The position numbers and the translations under genes are program-made. A stretch of 38,690 nucleotides of DNA from a virus (taxonomy: Duplodnaviria > Caudoviricetes): the IMG/VR virus record IMGVR_UViG_3300017700_000317, positions 1 through 38,690 of that record, one strand, 5' to 3'. Positions 33,421 to 38,690 of this stretch are shown here, piece by piece. The notes beneath the pieces were generated by a model, which searched no databases, had not been told where the DNA came from, and saw only the letters and a program-made list of their open reading frames with translations. Position 1 is the first letter of the stretch. Each line of letters opens with the position of its first letter.

Positions 33421-34821
33421 GTGCAAATATCCGTTCTCAGCGGCACATACTCAGACCCTGATGCGGATTTCCGTACTTCATACCCTGTCAATCTAATTCC
33501 GGTTCCAAAGGATAGCGGGATCTCCAAGGGATATCTTCGCCCGGCTGATGGCGTGGTTGAAGTAGGAACAGGCCCAGGCATTGACCGTGGGGGGATAAAC
33601 TGGCGCGGCACGCACTATCGCGTGATGGGCACGAAACTTGTCAGCATCACGGCGACGGGGGTCATCAACGAGCTGGGGGATGTCGGCGGCGCTGGTCAAG
33701 TCACGTTCGATTACTCGTTCGATAGGCTGGCTGTTACGTCCTCAGGCAGCATGTACTACCTGATCGGGACAAGCCTTACCAAAGTAACCGACCCTGACCT
33801 TGGCGTTGCCCTGACGGTCGTATGGGTTGACGGGTACTTCATGACGACTGACGGGACATCGTTAGTCGTGACCGACCTTGACAACCCGTTCTTGGTAAAC
33901 CCGTTGAAATACGGAAGCTCCGAGGCTGACCCTGACCCAGTGGTCGGGCTGCTCAAGATCCAAAATGAGATTTACGCATTAAACCGGTACACGATCGAGG
34001 TATTCGACAACATCGGCGGTGATCTTTTCCCTTTCCAGCGAATCGAGGGTGCGCAAATTCAAAAAGGCGCTGCGGGCACTCATTGCTGCTGCGTTATTGA
34101 AGACTCGGTTGCGTTTCTTGGTGGCGGCCGCAACGAGGCCCCTGGTGTTTACATTGGGTCAAACAGTCAGGCTATAAAAATATCCACTCGCGAGATCGAT
34201 CAAATCCTTGAGACCTATACGGAAACCCAGTTGTCGCTGTCGGTGATGGAGGCCAGAGTCGATAAAGGCCATCAGCACCTGTTGCTGCACCTTCCGGACA
34301 GGACGATTGTGTATGACCTCGCAGGGTCTTCTGCCGTGCAGCAGCCTTTGTGGTTCGTTCTTACGAGCGGGATTGTCGGGTTCTCTTTGTATCGTGTGCG
34401 GAATCTGGTCTGGGTCTTTGATGGCTGGCAATGCGGCGACCCGACCACCAACAAGATTGGCAGACTGGATGACAGCGTCTCTACGCATTTCGGAGAGATG
34501 GCCCGATGGGAGTTCGGAACCACGATCCTGTACAACGCGAGCATGGGTGCTGTTATCCATCAGCTTGAGTTGGTGTGCCTGACTGGTCGGATTGCCCAGG
34601 GTAAAAACCCGACCATTACGACCTCATACTCTCTCGATGGCGAAGTCTGGAGCATGGAAAAGCATATCTACGCAGGAAAGATTGGTGACAGGAACAAGCG
34701 GATCGTTTGGTTCCAGCAAGGCCATATGCGCAACTGGAGAATCCAGAGGTTCATGGGGACCAGTGACGCCCATATTTCTATTGCACGACTGGAGGCTCAG
34801 CTTGAGCCGCTGACGGCCTGA
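33421..34821 (+). CDS. Packaged-DNA stabilization/tail hub protein, P22 gp10-like (GTG start)
   Basis: YPVNLIPVPK...GYLR, GIDRGG, YRVMGTKL, SSEADPDP, KISTREID. Confidence 0.85.
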   Translation: MQISVLSGTYSDPDADFRTSYPVNLIPVPKDSGISKGYLRPADGVVEVGTGPGIDRGGINWRGTHYRVMGTKLVSITATGVINELGDVGGAGQVTFDYSFDRLAVTSSGSMYYLIGTSLTKVTDPDLGVALTVVWVDGYFMTTDGTSLVVTDLDNPFLVNPLKYGSSEADPDPVVGLLKIQNEIYALNRYTIEVFDNIGGDLFPFQRIEGAQIQKGAAGTHCCCVIEDSVAFLGGGRNEAPGVYIGSNSQAIKISTREIDQILETYTETQLSLSVMEARVDKGHQHLLLHLPDRTIVYDLAGSSAVQQPLWFVLTSGIVGFSLYRVRNLVWVFDGWQCGDPTTNKIGRLDDSVSTHFGEMARWEFGTTILYNASMGAVIHQLELVCLTGRIAQGKNPTITTSYSLDGEVWSMEKHIYAGKIGDRNKRIVWFQQGHMRNWRIQRFMGTSDAHISIARLEAQLEPLTA

Positions 34822-34823
34822 CC

Positions 34824-35789
34824 ATGGCAGATAACAACGCAATTCAGCCAATCACCCGTGACCAGCTGGCAAAGTTTCTTCCTGACAACGACACTATTCG
34901 GCGGTTCGAGAAACTGTTCCAGCTGGTCGGGACTACAACGCCGGCGAACATTGACGTGATCTTCCGCCTCATTGATGAGGTGACCATCAGCGCCGGGACC
35001 GGTAATGCAGCGGCGAACAGTGCCAATGCTTCGCTTGACGCTATTGCTCAAGCGCTGGCGGTTCTTTCAAGTGCGCCGCCACAACAGCCACAAACACAGC
35101 CTGACAATCTGCAGCCACCTATTCAATCCGGAAACGGTCCCGATGACCTATCCCCCCCTATCCAGGTTGGGACGCTTGGTCAGCAGCAGGCGGACCGTGT
35201 TCGAATTACCGGCGGGAGCATTGACGGGACCGTAATTGGCGCCACTACGTCAGCGGCCGCAACAGTTTCAACACTCACATCAGCCGGGACCGTGGTTGTC
35301 GGCGCTCTGCTCAACCTGACCTCGGCCGGGGCTGGGCAAATCCAGTTTCCGGCGACTCAGAATCCCAGTGCAAACGCCAACACGCTTGACGATTACGAGG
35401 AAGGGACGTGGACGCCGGTCCTGACATTCACAACTCCGGGTGACTTAAACGTCGTCTACGGGACAAGGACAGGCACATACACCAAGGTTGGCAACAGCGC
35501 GAGGGTTGACTGCAACTTGGTCACCACAACATGGACATGGACAACCTCAAGCGGGACGCTGGCCGTTACAGGGCTTCCGTTTGCTGCTGGCACGGTCGCA
35601 GCCGCGGCTATAGGTAACCTGACAGCGCAGCCCGGGGCCAATCTTCAACCATTTGCCCAGGTAATCGGCGTTGGCGTACAGTTCCTGGCTGTAAACGTCA
35701 CAACATCTGCCGTGGCCAACATCGTGCCGGCCGCACTCCCATCAGGGGCGCAGCGCACAGTGGTTCTTGGCGCAGTGTACGGAACATAA
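34824..35789 (+). CDS. Tail needle/fibre protein (gp26 position)
   Basis: Helical N-terminus, ITGGSIDGTVIG, ANTLDDYEEGTWTP, GTYTKVG...GLPF tip domain. Confidence 0.7.
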   Translation: MADNNAIQPITRDQLAKFLPDNDTIRRFEKLFQLVGTTTPANIDVIFRLIDEVTISAGTGNAAANSANASLDAIAQALAVLSSAPPQQPQTQPDNLQPPIQSGNGPDDLSPPIQVGTLGQQQADRVRITGGSIDGTVIGATTSAAATVSTLTSAGTVVVGALLNLTSAGAGQIQFPATQNPSANANTLDDYEEGTWTPVLTFTTPGDLNVVYGTRTGTYTKVGNSARVDCNLVTTTWTWTTSSGTLAVTGLPFAAGTVAAAAIGNLTAQPGANLQPFAQVIGVGVQFLAVNVTTSAVANIVPAALPSGAQRTVVLGAVYGT

Positions 35790-35800
35790 CGAGGCAAGCC

Positions 35801-36100
35801 ATGATTGAGCGAAAAACAGTCGTCGAACTGATCGAGATCCCGCGAGAAGGAGGTATCCAGGTGAGAATGGCGTTCCTTCTTGTCGAGGATGGCCGCGAGT
35901 CATTCGAGGCGTGGCATCGTTCTGCGGTGCCGGAAGGGGTGTCGCTGCCAGAACAGTTCCAGTTTATCCAAGACCATTTGGTAGAGATGGGTAAGGCCCC
36001 GTTGTTACAGGAAGATATTGACCGGGCGGCAATGTTTTATGAGTTGGCTACGAGCTTACCGTCGCCGACTAAACCAACACAACAGGAGCCACAGCCATGA
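35801..36100 (+). CDS. Hypothetical protein, possible fibre chaperone
   Basis: GAGG RBS; follows the fibre gene; IQVR...WHR. Confidence 0.6.
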   Translation: MIERKTVVELIEIPREGGIQVRMAFLLVEDGRESFEAWHRSAVPEGVSLPEQFQFIQDHLVEMGKAPLLQEDIDRAAMFYELATSLPSPTKPTQQEPQP

Positions 36101-36432
36101 CTGTAACGGTAAAGAACATCATCCCGCGCAAGCAGGCCGAGGGCGCGGAGACAACGCAATATACGGCTAACGGCTGCAAGACGATTATCGACAAGTTCAC
36201 CGTCACCAACACAACAGCAGGCACTGTTGCGATCACGGTGAAGCTGATTGCGTCAGGCGGATCTCCTGGCGCTTCGAATACGGTGATCAGTGCCAAGGGG
36301 ATCGCGGCCGGAGAGGCCTATACGTGCCCAGAGCTTGTCGGTCAAACGCTTGAGCCCGGCGGATTTATCTCGACACTGGCTGGAGCTGCCACATCCTTGA
36401 CTATTAGCGCATCAGGCCGCGAAATTACGTAA
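36097..36432 (+). CDS. Small beta-sandwich virion-type protein
   Basis: AGGAG RBS; TVTNT...GQTLEPGGFI...SGREIT. Confidence 0.7.
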   Translation: MTVTVKNIIPRKQAEGAETTQYTANGCKTIIDKFTVTNTTAGTVAITVKLIASGGSPGASNTVISAKGIAAGEAYTCPELVGQTLEPGGFISTLAGAATSLTISASGREIT

Positions 36433-36506
36433 GCGTTGCGCTATTATTCACCAAGCTGAGAAATTAGAGCATCCAGCGGCTCGCCAACCCAGAAATGGAG
36501 AGCCGC

Positions 36507-37073
36507 ATGATCGTCATTGACGACTTCCTGCCAGAGTTCGACGAACTCCAAAAGTACGCACAGACGGCCACGTTTACTGACGTGGTGAACTCGTTTGATG
36601 GTGTCACTTACCCGCTGATTTGCCAGGACATCCCAGACCGTATCCGGGAAGACGTGCTTAACGGCATCTGCGCAGAATTCGGCTTCCCCGAGAACCCTAC
36701 GATGTTCCTGCGACGCTCTCCCGCCGGTGTTCCGTGTCCGCACCAAGTCCACTCAGACGCCAGCATGGGCACTCATAGCCTGATGCTGTACCTGAACTCC
36801 GAAGATGACTGCAAAGGCGGCACAAGCTTCCTGAGCCACCGCCAGAGCGGGATCGCATACAACCCGGCTGAGCCGATGTTCGTAGGCGTGGTCGTCGAAG
36901 ACCAGAACCGTCCTGAAGCCTGGGATATCCGAGACATGGTTGCAATGAAGCCGAATCGCGCCGTGATCTTTGATGCCTCGCGCCTGCATCGGGCAGAACC
37001 TGTCGGAGGATTTGGCGACACGCATGAAAACACCAGGGTCGTCCTGACCTGCTTCTTCACGAGGGCTGAATAA
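36507..37073 (+). CDS. 2OG-Fe(II) oxygenase-fold protein (DUF6445-like)
   Basis: IVIDDFLP, H-S-D, LYLN, GGTSF, NRAVIFD...LH, distal R; GGAG RBS before ATG 36507. Confidence 0.8.
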   Translation: MIVIDDFLPEFDELQKYAQTATFTDVVNSFDGVTYPLICQDIPDRIREDVLNGICAEFGFPENPTMFLRRSPAGVPCPHQVHSDASMGTHSLMLYLNSEDDCKGGTSFLSHRQSGIAYNPAEPMFVGVVVEDQNRPEAWDIRDMVAMKPNRAVIFDASRLHRAEPVGGFGDTHENTRVVLTCFFTRAE

Positions 37074-37513
37074 TGGTCCGCGACGGAACAGCAGAAGACT
37101 TGCCGGCTGTCGTTGAGATGGCGCGTGAGTTCTGGACGCACACCATGTACGAAGAGCCATTCGATGCAGATTACGTCGCCTTCATGGCCGCGATGTCGAT
37201 CGAGCATGGTCTTCTGGCAATCCTTGAGGTTGACGGCGTGATCGAGGGCTTCACCGCCGGCCTCAAGTCCCCGTTGCTCGCCTGCGCGGCAGTGCTGAGC
37301 GGGACTGAGATCGCATGGTGGGTCAACCCTGAAGCAAGGAAAGGTCGGAACGGCATCGCACTGATGCAGCACATCGAAAAGATGGCAAGGGCTCAAGGCG
37401 TCAAGTATTGGAACATGATCGTTATGGAGTCGTGCCAACCTGAAGTCGGCGCGGCGATTTACACACGACTTGGATATAAGAAATCCGAGACTTCCTACAC
37501 GAGGGTTTTGTGA
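37073..37513 (+). CDS. GNAT-family acetyltransferase (P22 gp14 position)
   Basis: VRDGTAEDLP, WWVNPEARKGRNG, YTRLGY; TAATG coupling. Confidence 0.85.
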   Translation: MVRDGTAEDLPAVVEMAREFWTHTMYEEPFDADYVAFMAAMSIEHGLLAILEVDGVIEGFTAGLKSPLLACAAVLSGTEIAWWVNPEARKGRNGIALMQHIEKMARAQGVKYWNMIVMESCQPEVGAAIYTRLGYKKSETSYTRVL

Positions 37514-38145
37514 TGGCAGCAACAACAGCAGTCGTCGGCGCCACAGTTGCGGCGAGCGCTTATTCGGCTAGCCAGTCAAAGAAGGCCGCTGGTAAAGCTG
37601 CAGATGCGCAATCAGAAGCATCTGAAGCAGGTATCGCGGAACAGCGCCGTCAGTACGACAAGATGGTCGAACTCCTATCGCCTTATGTGAAGGCTGGCAC
37701 CGGCGCGCTGTCCGGCCAGCAAGATATTCTCGGGCTTAATGGTCGGGTCGCTCAAGACGCAGCTGTTGGGGCGATTGAAAGCTCGCCATATTTCGGCTCA
37801 GTGGTTAAGCAGGGGGAGAACGCGATCCTTTCCAATGCCTCAGCCACGGGCGGTCTGCGCGGCGGGAACACACAAGGCGCGCTAGCACAGTTCCGGCCTC
37901 AGCTGTTGAACCAACTTGTTCAGCAGCAGTACGCAAACCTCGGCGGTCTGACATCGATCGGCCAGAACTCGGCGGCACAGACTGGTAACCAGGGCATGCA
38001 GTCAGCCAGCAATATCGGCAACCTGCTCGCGCAGTCCGGGCAAGCGCAGGCGGGCGGCTACATCGGCGCGGCGAACGCAACGAATCAGGCCATCGGCAAC
38101 CTATTCCAACTGGGTGGCGCCGCATACGGCGCAGGAGCGTTCTAA
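37513..38145 (+). CDS. Ejection/DNA-transfer protein, P22 gp7-like
   Basis: Ala/Gly/Gln-rich; LSPYVKAG, ASATGGLRGGNT motifs. Confidence 0.8.
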   Translation: MAATTAVVGATVAASAYSASQSKKAAGKAADAQSEASEAGIAEQRRQYDKMVELLSPYVKAGTGALSGQQDILGLNGRVAQDAAVGAIESSPYFGSVVKQGENAILSNASATGGLRGGNTQGALAQFRPQLLNQLVQQQYANLGGLTSIGQNSAAQTGNQGMQSASNIGNLLAQSGQAQAGGYIGAANATNQAIGNLFQLGGAAYGAGAF

Positions 38146-38690
38146 ATGGCCGGCCCATTCGATTACAACATCCAGCAGCCGGACATTGCCGGCTCTCTTC
38201 TAGGCGGCATTGCGGCGGGTCAGCAGCTCGGCCAGCAGCGCGCTCAGATCGACCAGGCTGCCCAGTACAAGGCGGATCTGCAGAACTACCTCGCCAACCC
38301 ATCACCGCAAGCCGCGTCTGAGATGTCGGTGAAGTACCCGAAGCAGCGCGAGGCATACAAACAATCCTGGGACATCTTGAGCAAAGACCAGCAAGACCAA
38401 ACCTTTAGCGCAGGAACCCAGGCTTACAGCGCGATCCAGAACGGCAAGCCTGAAGTGGCCGCCAGCATCGTCGACAAGCAAATCCAGGCCATGGAGAACT
38501 CCGGCCAGGACGCTTCGAGCCTGATCAAGATCAAGGAAGCCATCCAGCAAGACCCGCAGGGCGCCGGGGCAAGCATCGCCCTCGGGCTGTCATCGCTGGA
38601 GCCTGAGCGCTGGGGCAAAATCGCGACCGAGCTGCGCGCCTCTCAGGTTGCACCAGCACAGGCACAGAAGGCCCTGGCCGACGCAACGAA
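38146..38690 (+). CDS. 5' part of the ejection protein that wraps to position 895
   Basis: AGGAG RBS, MAGPFDYNIQQ...; frame open to the window end and in frame with 2..895. Confidence 0.75.
   Translation, partial: MAGPFDYNIQQPDIAGSLLGGIAAGQQLGQQRAQIDQAAQYKADLQNYLANPSPQAASEMSVKYPKQREAYKQSWDILSKDQQDQTFSAGTQAYSAIQNGKPEVAASIVDKQIQAMENSGQDASSLIKIKEAIQQDPQGAGASIALGLSSLEPERWGKIATELRASQVAPAQAQKALADAT
38568..38690. repeat. Terminal direct repeat, copy of 1-123
   Basis: Exact 123-bp match. Confidence 0.95.

Overview
The window is an apparently complete, circularly assembled podovirus genome of about 38,567 bp (bases 1-123 repeat exactly at 38568-38690). It has a P22-type virion module: small and large terminase, portal, scaffold, coat, gp4/gp10-like tail proteins, a GNAT, three ejection proteins and a tailspike. 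A holin/transglycosylase/spanin lysis cassette follows. The early region is lambdoid in layout. A long leftward operon (Sak/Rad52-like annealase, Gp157, HNH-AP2, Lar-like, many microproteins) diverges from a rightward operon (cro, YdaU-type initiator with internal iterons, DnaB, NinB, NinG, Ntn-hydrolase). Gene content suggests a Pseudomonas host (inference). No integrase, CI, CII, N or Q could be recognised; the two divergent early promoters sit only 5 bp apart on a shared palindrome. The genome instead carries clusters of strongly structured non-coding RNA. One is a ~123-nt tRNA-like element with a T-loop and CCA end, flanked by a pseudoknot, an ATG-TAA minigene and a terminator. Another is a kissing-loop cloverleaf at the predicted start of the coat-gene transcript. 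A SutA-like RNA polymerase-binding protein and a 2OG-Fe(II) oxygenase/GNAT pair in the tail module also stand out. All family calls are from motif recognition by eye; no searches or folding programs were run.
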